Below, piece after piece: positions 16,426 through 25,435 of a stretch of 40,865 nt of DNA; positions within the stretch are counted from its first letter, which is position 1, and each line of letters begins with the position of its first letter. The notes below the pieces were generated by a model, which was not told where the DNA came from, searched no databases, and worked only from the letters and a program-made list of their open reading frames with translations. Origin of the DNA: a virus; the UHGV virus genome UHGV-0180691. One strand, 5' to 3'. The position numbers were made by a program, and so were the translations under genes.

Positions 16426-16940
16426 AAATTAATGCAGGTCTTATCGGCGTTATCGTTATTGCTGGCCTTTCGGTCGCTCTCGTTAAGAGTTGCTCAAACG
16501 CCAGTAGCCTGCAGAGCGATAACGACGTTCTGCGAAGTGACAACTCTTTGCAGGGGCAGGTGATCGCTACCCAGGCATTCAACTTTAATCGGTTCTATCA
16601 GGTAGCCGAACATGCCAACAGGCTTAACGCCCTGATAGACACCAGCACCGAAGAAACCGTAATCGAATACCGGGAGATTCTCCGCCGTGAAAAAACCTGT
16701 GATCTGCCTGTTCCTGCTGACATTGCTGGTGGGCTGCTCGAATACGCGTACCGTTTACGTGCCAGCGCCATGCACACCGATACCAACAGACCTGACGCAG
16801 CCGATGATCGTGCCGCTGCCGCCAGCTCAATGACGTACTGCCAGGCTGTTTTGTGGATAAAGCCTCTACTGGCCGTGATTGAGAAGGGCAACAATAATTT
16901 CGCTGGCATAAGGCAGATCGAGCAGGAAAGAAAGAACTAG
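16422..16940 (+). CDS. Rz: i-spanin (Rz-like)
   Basis: ATG at 16422 overlapping endolysin stop; N-terminal TM segment; coiled-coil-rich periplasmic region; contains an embedded lipoprotein ORF in another frame. Confidence 0.7.
   Translation: MKINAGLIGVIVIAGLSVALVKSCSNASSLQSDNDVLRSDNSLQGQVIATQAFNFNRFYQVAEHANRLNALIDTSTEETVIEYREILRREKTCDLPVPADIAGGLLEYAYRLRASAMHTDTNRPDAADDRAAAASSMTYCQAVLWIKPLLAVIEKGNNNFAGIRQIEQERKN
16688..16834 (+). CDS. Rz1: o-spanin (Rz1-like outer-membrane lipoprotein) embedded within Rz in an alternative frame
   Basis: Hand translation from GTG 16688: MKKPVICLFLLTLLVGCSNTRTVYVPAPCTPIPTDLTQPMIVPLPPAQ; lipobox LVGC; proline-rich mature region; GGGAGA about 10 nt upstream; below the 60-aa cutoff of the ORF track. 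Confidence 0.6.
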
Positions 16941-17063
16941 GAATAGCTCGTCCTTGAGCACACGGGTATTTCTGAACGACGGCTTTACCTGACATAGCAA
17001 AGCACCGTTAAATTGTAGAAAAGACTCGATATTTAACAAGCGAAGCGCAGCAATGTAAAAAAA

Positions 17064-17092
17064 AATGCCCTCACATGGAGGGCTACCAGAGT
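17064..17092 (-). terminator. rho-independent terminator on minus strand
   Basis: Plus strand shows A9 then GCCCTC-ACATG-GAGGGC; on the minus strand this is a GC stem followed by U9; lies downstream of the minus-strand gene 17355-17852. Confidence 0.6.
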
Positions 17093-17354
17093 CTCAGTTT
17101 CACTTGCTCTTTTTATGGATGTTTCCCAGGAGTTGGCAAACTACTCATCAGAGTCATAAACAGCCTGGCATCCGGCATGAGATTAACAAGCGTAAGCGGA
17201 AAAAATTAAGATTTTACGTATGCAGAAAGATGGAGGTTAGTTGACAAATTATCTATCGTTACACGACACCGACATTCGAGACCACCAGATGCGGAAAGAC
17301 ATCCTCTCTAAGTCAATTGCTGCCTGAACAAAGTTAAAAGCCAAAGCGCATAAT

Positions 17355-17852
17355 TTAATCACACTCTTGCCGTTGCCGATCTAGAGTGTTAAGTGCCTTC
17401 ATGTAAGCGCTATACGCTCCCTTAAATGTTTGTCCAGCCTGCTCAATTGCCGACTCTTGTAATTCTTGATTATTACCAGCGCTGTCTGCGAGATAAAAGG
17501 CCTTAAGAACGTTCGCCGCAACTAAACCCAGCTCAGGAGGGGCGTAGGTCATTACTTCTGTAGCGCTTTGAACTACGGGTAACATATCTTTTCTCAGGTC
17601 GCCTCTGGTCATTGGGTTGGTCAATGCAGGAGAAAAGCCAAACGAAGTAACTGAAACCATAAATTGATTATATTTTTCTCTCAATAGTGACTCCTGCTTA
17701 TCTAAACGAATAATGCAGGCTGTTTTGGAGGCATTGTGAGTTTGTAAATAGTTTCCATACAATCCCAAAAGCGCAGTAATGCTTACACCAAGTAAGGTAC
17801 AGATTACGGGAAAAATGACATTAAACTGGTTTATCCGTGGGCGACTGCTCAT
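17355..17852 (-). CDS. hypothetical single-pass membrane protein; AT-rich insert between lysis and packaging modules
   Basis: ATG at 17852 preceded by AAGGAG with 8-nt spacer; N-terminal hydrophobic helix (FNVIFPVICTLLGVSITALLGLYG); antisense to the late operon; own downstream terminator; AT-rich by eye. Confidence 0.55.
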   Translation of the reverse strand: MSSRPRINQFNVIFPVICTLLGVSITALLGLYGNYLQTHNASKTACIIRLDKQESLLREKYNQFMVSVTSFGFSPALTNPMTRGDLRKDMLPVVQSATEVMTYAPPELGLVAANVLKAFYLADSAGNNQELQESAIEQAGQTFKGAYSAYMKALNTLDRQRQECD

Positions 17853-18263
17853 GACCAAAGCTCCTTAGTTAACAACTTAATTTTCACTAATTAGTAAGTC
17901 CATATTTGCTTGCCATGATTTTAACATCAAGCTCCAGAACGTGGTTGGTAATCATTTTTAGAGTCTCTTTACTTCCAGATTTGACCGTTTTTGTTAATTA
18001 ATTTCCAGCTGGAGAAATGAGGCTAACCGCCTCGATCAGCAAGGGACCGGCAATACTGGTGTCAAAGCATACACGAGAATGAATCTCATAAGTAAAAGGT
18101 ACTCCTGGCGATTATAAACACCGAGGGGGCGAGGACACGCGGAAAAAGCCAAATTTTTGCATTTTTATCGGCCATCACCACCACTTCAATTCATTGAAAC
18201 ATCGGGATAAAAATTTTTCCGGTGTCGATTCTGTTTGTTTTTTGTTCATCACTGGAGCCATTC

Positions 18264-18758
18264 ATGGATCATGAATTAAAGCGACTGCAGCTTAACGTCA
18301 GCCAGCTGGCGGCCTTGTCCGGTGTGCATCGCCAGACTGTGTCAGCCAGGCTGAAAAATGTCCGTCCGGCAGGTGGCAACGACAGCAACCTGAAACTGTA
18401 TGGCCTGACAGATGTCCTTGCTGAGCTGATGAAAATGCCTGCCCCGGTAGCTGAAGGAGAAATGGAGCCTCAGGACCGTAAAGCCTGGTATCAGTCAGAG
18501 CGTGAAAGGCTGAAGTTTGAACAGGAAGTAGGAGAGCTTATTCCCGCTTCAGATGTTGCACGCGAGTTTGCCGAAATGGCGAAGGCCATGATTCAGGTTC
18601 TTGAGACGTTGCCGGATATTCTTGAGCGCGATTGTGCGCTTAATCCTGCAACGGTTTCCCGCGTCCAGTCGATTATTGACGATCTCCGTGATGAAATTGC
18701 CCGGCGGGTCATGAGTGACGAAGAAAAAGCAGAGGAGGACATCCTGGAGGAGGAATAA
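18264..18758 (+). CDS. terminase small subunit (putative, HTH-containing)
   Basis: ATG 18264 with GGAG upstream; N-terminal HTH-like (LNVSQLAALSGVHRQTVSARL); acidic C-terminus; immediately upstream of and abutting the large terminase gene. Confidence 0.6.
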   Translation: MDHELKRLQLNVSQLAALSGVHRQTVSARLKNVRPAGGNDSNLKLYGLTDVLAELMKMPAPVAEGEMEPQDRKAWYQSERERLKFEQEVGELIPASDVAREFAEMAKAMIQVLETLPDILERDCALNPATVSRVQSIIDDLRDEIARRVMSDEEKAEEDILEEE

Positions 18759-20881
18759 TGTTGGCACTGGCGACCGCCCTCACATTGAAACGTGACACCG
18801 GACACCTGATTAAAGCGCCACGCAGAATGCCTGTATCAGTGGCGGTAGCAAAATATATGCGTGTCCCCACCTCCGGAGGTAATTCCGTCCCCTGGGATCC
18901 GATGGTGGCGCCTTATGTTCTGGAGCCTATGGACTGCCTGGCATCCCGTGAATACGACGCCGTGATATTCGTCGGACCTGCCCGAACGGGTAAAACAAAT
19001 GGTCTGATTGACGGATGGGTGGTTTACAACATCGTCTGTGATCCGTCCGATATGCTGCTGGTGCAAATGACACAGGATAAGGCACAGGAGCACTCAAAAA
19101 AGCGTCTTGCCCGAACATTTCGCTGCAGTCCGGAAGTCAGAAAAAACCTGAGCCCCCGGCATAATGACAACAACGTTCACGATAAGTATTTCCTTTCAGG
19201 TAGCTTCCTGAAAATTGGCTGGCCATCCATCAATGTCATGTCGTCATCAGATTTTAAGTGTGTGGCGCTGACGGATTATGACCGATTCCCTGAGGATATT
19301 GATGGCGAGGGCGACGGCTTCTCACTGGCCTCCAAACGTACAACCACCTTCATGTCCGCCGGGATGACGCTTGTAGAGAGTTCTCCGGGGCGTGATATTC
19401 GTGACAGCAAATGGCGCCGCAAGTCTCCTCATGAAGCTCCACCGACGACCGGTATTCTTTCCCTGTACAACCGTGGCGATCGCCGCCGCTGGTACTGGCC
19501 GTGTCCGCACTGCGGTGAATATTTTCAGCCTGCTATGGAGTCCATGACCGGCTACCGTGATGAACCGGATCCGGTTAAAGCCAGTGAGGCGGCACACCTG
19601 CTTTGTCCGCACTGCAGCGGCATTATCACTGCGGATAAAAAGCGCGAGCTTAACGGCGCAGGAGTCTGGTTGCGGGAAGGGCAGAGTATTGACCGTGACG
19701 GCAATGTATCCGGCGAACCGCGGCGATCGCGCATAGCCAGTTTCTGGATGGAAGGACCCGCAGCCGCTTATCAGACCTGGGCGCAGCTGGTGTACAAGCT
19801 GCTGACAGCTGAGCAGGAGTATGAGGCCACTGGCAGCGAAGAAACCCTCAAGGCGGTAATCAATACCGACTGGGGGCTACCATACCTGCCGCGCGCAGCC
19901 AGCGAACAGAGGCGCGCCGATGTGCTGATGCAGCGGGCGGAGGATTACGGTAAGCGCCTGGTCCCGCCTAAGGTGCGTTTCCTGCTGGCGGCCGTTGACG
20001 TCCAGGGCGGCAAAAAGCGCCGTTTCGTCGTGCAGATTATCGGTTATGGCGAAAACGGTGAACGCTGGCTGGTGGATCGCTACAACATCCGCCAGTCGCT
20101 GCGCTGCAATGAGCATGGCGAGGCGGAGCCGATCCACCCGGGCGCGTATCCGGAGGACTGGCAACTGCTGGTCTCCGATGTGCTGGAAAAAACGTATGCG
20201 CTGCAGTCTGACCCGGCGCGGCGTATGCCGGTGCTGGCGATGGCCGTCGACAGCGGCGGTGAAGAAGGCGTGACGGACAACGCGTATAAATTCTGGCGAC
20301 AGTGTCGGCGTGACGGCCTGGGTAAACGTGTTTACCTGGTTAAGGGCGACAGCACAAAGCGTCAGAAAATCATTACCAAAACCCACCCGAATAATACCGA
20401 ACGCAGCGACCGTCGCGCCGACGCGCGCGGCGAGGTGCCGGTGTATCTGCTTCAGACCGACCTGCTTAAGGACCAGCTCAGCAACAACCTGGACCGCGAA
20501 ACCCCCGGTGGCGGATACATCCATTTTCCTGACTGGCTGGGGGAGTGGTTCTACGAGGAACTGACCTATGAAGAACGCGGTGTTGATGGCAAATGGCGAA
20601 AACCCGGCAAGGGCGCCAACGAAGCCTTTGACCTGTTCTGCTATGCGCACGCCGTGGCGGTTCTGCGCGGGTACGAAAAAATTCGCGACTGGGAAAAACC
20701 TCCTGCATGGGCTGAGCCGCAGGATCTCAATCCAAATATTCATGAAGGGACCCCCCCCCGGGAGATAACCGTGAAAAAAACAAAACCCGTTCAGTCGCCT
20801 GTGCAGGCTGAACCTGAAAAGGACACAGCCCTCTCCGGCAGCTGGCTCGGGTCTTCCGTTAAGGGAGGCTGGTTGCTGTGA
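18758..20881 (+). CDS. terminase large subunit (lambda GpA-like)
   Basis: 707 aa; Walker A-like VGPARTGKT; CxxC...CxxC zinc-like motif (CPHCGEYF...CPHCSG); size and context of GpA-family terminases. Confidence 0.9.
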   Translation: MLALATALTLKRDTGHLIKAPRRMPVSVAVAKYMRVPTSGGNSVPWDPMVAPYVLEPMDCLASREYDAVIFVGPARTGKTNGLIDGWVVYNIVCDPSDMLLVQMTQDKAQEHSKKRLARTFRCSPEVRKNLSPRHNDNNVHDKYFLSGSFLKIGWPSINVMSSSDFKCVALTDYDRFPEDIDGEGDGFSLASKRTTTFMSAGMTLVESSPGRDIRDSKWRRKSPHEAPPTTGILSLYNRGDRRRWYWPCPHCGEYFQPAMESMTGYRDEPDPVKASEAAHLLCPHCSGIITADKKRELNGAGVWLREGQSIDRDGNVSGEPRRSRIASFWMEGPAAAYQTWAQLVYKLLTAEQEYEATGSEETLKAVINTDWGLPYLPRAASEQRRADVLMQRAEDYGKRLVPPKVRFLLAAVDVQGGKKRRFVVQIIGYGENGERWLVDRYNIRQSLRCNEHGEAEPIHPGAYPEDWQLLVSDVLEKTYALQSDPARRMPVLAMAVDSGGEEGVTDNAYKFWRQCRRDGLGKRVYLVKGDSTKRQKIITKTHPNNTERSDRRADARGEVPVYLLQTDLLKDQLSNNLDRETPGGGYIHFPDWLGEWFYEELTYEERGVDGKWRKPGKGANEAFDLFCYAHAVAVLRGYEKIRDWEKPPAWAEPQDLNPNIHEGTPPREITVKKTKPVQSPVQAEPEKDTALSGSWLGSSVKGGWLL

Positions 20882-21093
20882 CGAAAGATGATATCTGGAA
20901 AACGCTGCTGATGGTGCGTCAGGCCTACCAGGACTCGCTGGACGGCAAGAGCATTTCTTTCACAGGCGTGAATGGTCGCGCCATTACCAACCACGATCCG
21001 AAAGCGTTGCGCGACGAGCTTGATTACTGGGAGCGGCGCTGGCGGGCGGTCAACCGCCGCGGCGGTTCGTACAAACTCGCTAACTTTCTGTAA
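20878..21093 (+). CDS. head-tail joining protein (gpW-like)
   Basis: 71 aa; GTG start overlapping terminase stop; position between terminase and portal as lambda W. Confidence 0.55.
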   Translation: MTKDDIWKTLLMVRQAYQDSLDGKSISFTGVNGRAITNHDPKALRDELDYWERRWRAVNRRGGSYKLANFL

Positions 21094-21101
21094 GGCGTTC
21101 T

Positions 21102-22622
21102 ATGGGCATTCTTGAAAGAACACTGGGGGCTATTTCCCCCGGGTGGGCAGCGGCACGCGCGCGGGACCGTCTCCGGCTTAATGCTTATGAAGCGGCAAAC
21201 CCGTCACGGCTGCACAAGGCTAAAAAGCAAAGTCAGTCCGCGGACACCTCGGTATTTGCAGCAGGTCAGTCCCTGCGGGAACAGGCCCGGTGGCTCGATG
21301 AAAATCACGATCTGGTGATCGGCCTGTTCGACAAAATGGAAGACAGGGTAATCGGTGCCCACGGTATCCATGTTGAGCCCCAGCCTCTCGATCTGGAGGG
21401 AAACCTCCATTCCGAGTTCGCGGGGCAGCTTTCGGCGCTCTGGGCGGAGTGGTCCGTGCGTCCTGAAGTGACTGGCATGTTTACCCGTCCGGAAGCCGAG
21501 CGCCTGCTGTTGCGTTCTGCGCTGCGTGACGGGGAAGTGTTCACGCAACTGGTCAGGGGAAACGTACCCGGCCTGCAGCATGCCACGTCAGTACCGTTTT
21601 CTCTGGAAATGCTGGAGGCGGATTTTGTGCCGTTCAATCTTAACAGCACCGCCGGCCAGCAGGTTCGCCAGGGCATCATCGTGAACGACTGGGGGCGTCC
21701 CGTCGGCTACCGCGTTTACAAATATCATCCGGCGAACATGATGCGGTTCAGCGCGGAACTTAAAACCGTCTCTGCTGACAACATGCTTCACCTGGCGCAG
21801 CGCAAGCGGCTGCACCAGCTGCGGGGTATCAGCCTGATCCACGGAGTCATTACCCGTCTTTCGGACATCAAGGATTATGAAGAGAGCGAGCGCGTGGCCG
21901 CCCGTATTGCCGCTGCACTGGGCTTTTACATCAAGCGCGGCGATGCACAGTCACTTGGTGATGACGGTGAGTTTTCAACCCCCGGCGGGCAGCGTCACTA
22001 CGATATCGCGCCGGGCATGATTTATGACGAACTCCGCCCCGGCGAAGACCTTGGCATGGTGGAGTCAAACCGCCCGAACGTTCATCTCTACGAGTTCCGA
22101 AACGGGCAGATGCGGGCCGTGGCCGCCGGTACGCGCGGCAGTTATTCCAGCATTGCCCGGGACTATAACGGCACCTACAGCTCCCAGCGTCAGGAACTGG
22201 TGGAGAGCTTTGAAGGTTACAACGTCCTCCAGCAGTGGTTTGTCGGCCAGCACAGCCGGCCCGTTTACCGCGCATGGCTGGCGATGGCGTTGCTGAGCGG
22301 CGTTGAAGTCCCGCCGGATGTGGATCCGAATTCTCTCTATAACGCACTTTATCTCGGGCCGGTGATGCCGTGGATTGATCCGGGCAAAGAGGCGAACGCC
22401 TGGAAAGCCATTGTGCGTGGCGGCGCGGGCACCGAAGCGGAATGGGCGCGGGCCAGGGGGAAAAATCCTCAGGAGGTTAAGCGCCAGCGACTGCGTGAAA
22501 CTGAATTTAACCGTAAACACGGGCTGGTGTTTGATTCCGACGCCGCCAATGACAAAGGAGCGATGCCAGATGCAACGGCAAAACCAGACGATAAACGGCG
22601 TGAGCCGGACGATGATGATTAA
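21102..22622 (+). CDS. portal protein (lambda gpB-like)
   Basis: 506 aa; position after terminase/W; acidic C-terminus; size typical of lambda-family portal. Confidence 0.85.
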   Translation: MGILERTLGAISPGWAAARARDRLRLNAYEAANPSRLHKAKKQSQSADTSVFAAGQSLREQARWLDENHDLVIGLFDKMEDRVIGAHGIHVEPQPLDLEGNLHSEFAGQLSALWAEWSVRPEVTGMFTRPEAERLLLRSALRDGEVFTQLVRGNVPGLQHATSVPFSLEMLEADFVPFNLNSTAGQQVRQGIIVNDWGRPVGYRVYKYHPANMMRFSAELKTVSADNMLHLAQRKRLHQLRGISLIHGVITRLSDIKDYEESERVAARIAAALGFYIKRGDAQSLGDDGEFSTPGGQRHYDIAPGMIYDELRPGEDLGMVESNRPNVHLYEFRNGQMRAVAAGTRGSYSSIARDYNGTYSSQRQELVESFEGYNVLQQWFVGQHSRPVYRAWLAMALLSGVEVPPDVDPNSLYNALYLGPVMPWIDPGKEANAWKAIVRGGAGTEAEWARARGKNPQEVKRQRLRETEFNRKHGLVFDSDAANDKGAMPDATAKPDDKRREPDDDD

Positions 22623-24672
22623 CCCCCGCGCCAGCCTGGCGGGTGTCGATGCGGCGAACGGTCAGTGCTGGTACGAAATCCGCGCGCTGGCTGCCGGACG
22701 GGTCGAAATCTTCCTTTATGACGTGATCGGCGGCTGGGGCATTACTGCCCAGCAGTTCGTCACTGACTGTAAAGAGGCGGGGGTGTTTGAGGCCAGCGCG
22801 GTGGATCTGCATATCCACAGTCCCGGCGGCGATGTCATGCAGGGCTTTGCCATCTTCAACACCCTGTCTCGGCTGAAAGCGAAGATCGATATCTGGGTGG
22901 ACGGCGTGGCGGCCAGCATGGCCTCAATGATTGTCTGCCTGCCGGGCGCCACGGTGCACATGCCGGAAAACGCCTGGATTATGGTGCACAAACCATGGGG
23001 CGGTATAGCCGGGGATTCTGACGACATGCGCGATTACGCCGCATGGCTTGATCGTAACGAAGCCCTGATGCTCAGCGCCTATATGAACAAAACAGGACTG
23101 GGGCAGGAAGAGCTGGAAGCGATGCTGAAAGCGGAGACCTGGCTTAACGGTGCCGAGGCGGTGGAAAAAGGCTTCGCCGACACGCTTGAACCTGAACTGC
23201 AGGCCGCGGCCTGTGTGAATGAAAATAAACTGAAGGATTACCAGAATATGCCAGAACAGATTAAATCTCTTTTCACGCCGCGCGCCGAAGCTCCGGTGAA
23301 TCAGCCACCGCAACCTGCTCCGGTACAGGCAAACCTTAACACGCCAGCGCCACAACAGCCTGCACCGCAGATGACAAATATCGATATCACCGCGCTGGCC
23401 CAGCAGCTGCAGCAGCAGATGCAGACGGCGAACGCAGAGCGTGTGAATTCCGTCTCAGCCGTATTTGAGGCGTTCCCGGCCTTCGCGACGCTGAAGGCTG
23501 AATGTCTGGCCGACTTCACCTGCAACGCTGAAAAAGCCCGCGATAAACTGCTGCAGGCGCTGGCGGCGGGCACCACTCCGAGCGCTGGTCCGGGCGCGAT
23601 TCATCTTTATGCCGGTAACGGCAATCTGGTCGGTGATTCCATTCGCGCTGCAGTAATGACCCGAGCGGGCTATGCGCAAGCCGAAAATGATAATGCTTAC
23701 AACGGTTACACCCTGCGCGAACTGGCACGCGCCTCCCTTGTTGATCGCGGTATCGGTATCTCCGGCGCTGGCACGGCACAGGCGATGGTCGGGCTGGCGT
23801 TCACCCACAGCAGCAGCGATTTCGGCAATATCCTGATGGATGTGGCACACAAAGCGGCTCTGATGGGCTGGGAGGAAGCCACCGAAACCTTTGAACAGTG
23901 GACCCGTAAGGGCACGCTGACCGATTTCAAAACCGCGCACCGCGTAGGTCTGGAATCACTGGCATCGCTTCGCAAGGTCCGAGCCGGGGCAGAATATAAA
24001 TATGTCACCATCAAGGATCGCGGCGAGCCAATTGCCCTGGCGACCTACGGAGAACTTTTCAGCATTGACCGGCAGACCATCATCAACGATGACCTGGACA
24101 TGCTGACCCGTATCCCACAGGCAATGGGGCTTGCTGCGCGTGCCACCGTGGGCGATCTCGTTTGGGCGGTGCTGACTAGCAACCCGAAAATGTCCGATGG
24201 TAAGCCGTTATTCCACGCCGATCACGGCAACCTTGTATCCGCCGATCTGAGTATCGAAGGCCTGGATACGGCGCGTAAGGCGATGCTGCTGCAAAAATCG
24301 GGCGATCGCCGTCTGAATATTCGCCCGGCCTTTATGCTCACGCCAGTGGCAATTGAGTCACGGGCAAACCAGTTGATCAAATCAGCAAGCGTGCCGGGCG
24401 CGGATGCCAACAGCGGTATCGTGAACCCGATCCAGAACTTTGTGACGGTGGCCTCTGAGGCTCGCCTGGATGACAGCAGCCCGACGGATTACTACCTGAC
24501 CGCTGCACAGGGACGCGACACCATTGAGGTGGCATATCTCGACGGCATCGACACCCCGTATCTGGAGCAGCAGCAGGGCTTCACCGTTGACGGCGCTGCG
24601 TTTAAGGTGCGTATCGATGCCGGGGTTGCACCGCTTGACTGGCGCGGCATGGTTAAAGTCACCAAAAAATAA
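22570..24672 (+). CDS. fused prohead protease (ClpP/S49-like) - scaffold - major capsid protein (tripartite capsid gene)
   Basis: Start set at ATG 22570 (AAAGGAG 9 nt upstream; alternative ATG 22612/22615); N-terminal HIHSPGGDVMQGFAIFNTL...MVHKPWGG protease region; central Q/A/P-rich low-complexity scaffold-like region; C-terminal MCP-sized domain; strong terminator follows. Confidence 0.8.
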   Translation: MQRQNQTINGVSRTMMINPRASLAGVDAANGQCWYEIRALAAGRVEIFLYDVIGGWGITAQQFVTDCKEAGVFEASAVDLHIHSPGGDVMQGFAIFNTLSRLKAKIDIWVDGVAASMASMIVCLPGATVHMPENAWIMVHKPWGGIAGDSDDMRDYAAWLDRNEALMLSAYMNKTGLGQEELEAMLKAETWLNGAEAVEKGFADTLEPELQAAACVNENKLKDYQNMPEQIKSLFTPRAEAPVNQPPQPAPVQANLNTPAPQQPAPQMTNIDITALAQQLQQQMQTANAERVNSVSAVFEAFPAFATLKAECLADFTCNAEKARDKLLQALAAGTTPSAGPGAIHLYAGNGNLVGDSIRAAVMTRAGYAQAENDNAYNGYTLRELARASLVDRGIGISGAGTAQAMVGLAFTHSSSDFGNILMDVAHKAALMGWEEATETFEQWTRKGTLTDFKTAHRVGLESLASLRKVRAGAEYKYVTIKDRGEPIALATYGELFSIDRQTIINDDLDMLTRIPQAMGLAARATVGDLVWAVLTSNPKMSDGKPLFHADHGNLVSADLSIEGLDTARKAMLLQKSGDRRLNIRPAFMLTPVAIESRANQLIKSASVPGADANSGIVNPIQNFVTVASEARLDDSSPTDYYLTAAQGRDTIEVAYLDGIDTPYLEQQQGFTVDGAAFKVRIDAGVAPLDWRGMVKVTKK

Positions 24673-24697
24673 CGACCGTCTTCTGACGGTTTTTTTA
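24671..24697 (+). terminator. rho-independent terminator after capsid gene
   Basis: Stem ACCGTC / GACGGT with loop TTCT followed by T7. Confidence 0.65.
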
Positions 24698-24742
24698 TAT
24701 CCGGGGCGGCACGTGCTGCTCCTTTTTTGTCTGGAGAGAAAA

Positions 24743-25078
24743 ATGGCGAGAAATTATCAGCAGGACGGTAACACCCTTGATTTTCAGAATACCGGTGTGA
24801 CCGATATTCATTCGGGGGACGCTGTGCTTTCGGGGGCGCTGGTGGGCGTCGCTCATGATGACATTCCGGCAGGGCTGTGGGGCGTGCTGCACACTACCGG
24901 CGTGTTCACTCTGCCAAAGGCTGCGGAAGCGGTCACTGTTGGTCAGAAGCTTTATCTGGCAGACGGTAAACTGACGGTGGAAGCGGGTGAGGCGGCTGCA
25001 CCGAATCCCCTGGCAGGTACGGCATGGGCAGCCGCCGCGGCCGATGTCGATGCCGTTCCGGTACGGCTGGGTTATTGA
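24743..25078 (+). CDS. small head-associated protein (DUF2190-like; possible decoration/cement protein)
   Basis: ATG 24743 with GGAGAG RBS; 111 aa, Ala/Gly-rich; directly after the capsid gene. Confidence 0.45.
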   Translation: MARNYQQDGNTLDFQNTGVTDIHSGDAVLSGALVGVAHDDIPAGLWGVLHTTGVFTLPKAAEAVTVGQKLYLADGKLTVEAGEAAAPNPLAGTAWAAAAADVDAVPVRLGY

Positions 25079-25434
25079 TGAACCGCTTTCGCCAGCGCCT
25101 GTTAAACGCGGATGCCCGGATCTCCCGGGCATTTGCCGAAGAGGTTCCGGCAGTCCTCTCCATCGGCAGTGAGTTGCGTCCTGTCACCGTGATTTTTGAG
25201 ACGCCAGACGCACCCGTGGACGTACCGGGCGGAGGTCAGATTCAGGATCGGGCCCCGGCGTTCAGCGCGATGACTGCCGATATCGCGGGGCTTGAGAAGC
25301 ACCACGAGGTGGAAATTAACGGTACCACTTACCGCGTAACGCATGTTGGTGCAGATGAAGAAGGCCGCACCCGCGTCACCCTGGCTTATGGTGCCCCGGG
25401 CAAACCGCAGCCGGAAATCAACAAGTGGAGCTGA
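25078..25434 (+). CDS. putative head-tail connector/adaptor protein
   Basis: ATG 25078 overlapping upstream stop; 118 aa; position in head-completion block. Confidence 0.4.
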   Translation: MNRFRQRLLNADARISRAFAEEVPAVLSIGSELRPVTVIFETPDAPVDVPGGGQIQDRAPAFSAMTADIAGLEKHHEVEINGTTYRVTHVGADEEGRTRVTLAYGAPGKPQPEINKWS

Positions 25435-25435
25435 T

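Noticed and set aside
16422-16500. Rz N-terminus (..ALVKSC) considered as a lipobox, which would make it a unimolecular spanin
   Set aside because: Lys at -2 is atypical for a lipobox, and a separate embedded ORF with a canonical lipobox exists, favouring a two-component i-spanin/o-spanin arrangement.
19877-20743. 288-aa minus-strand ORF inside the large terminase gene
   Set aside because: Entirely antisense to a well-supported GpA-like terminase in a GC-rich region where long spurious antisense ORFs are expected; no RBS or features noted.
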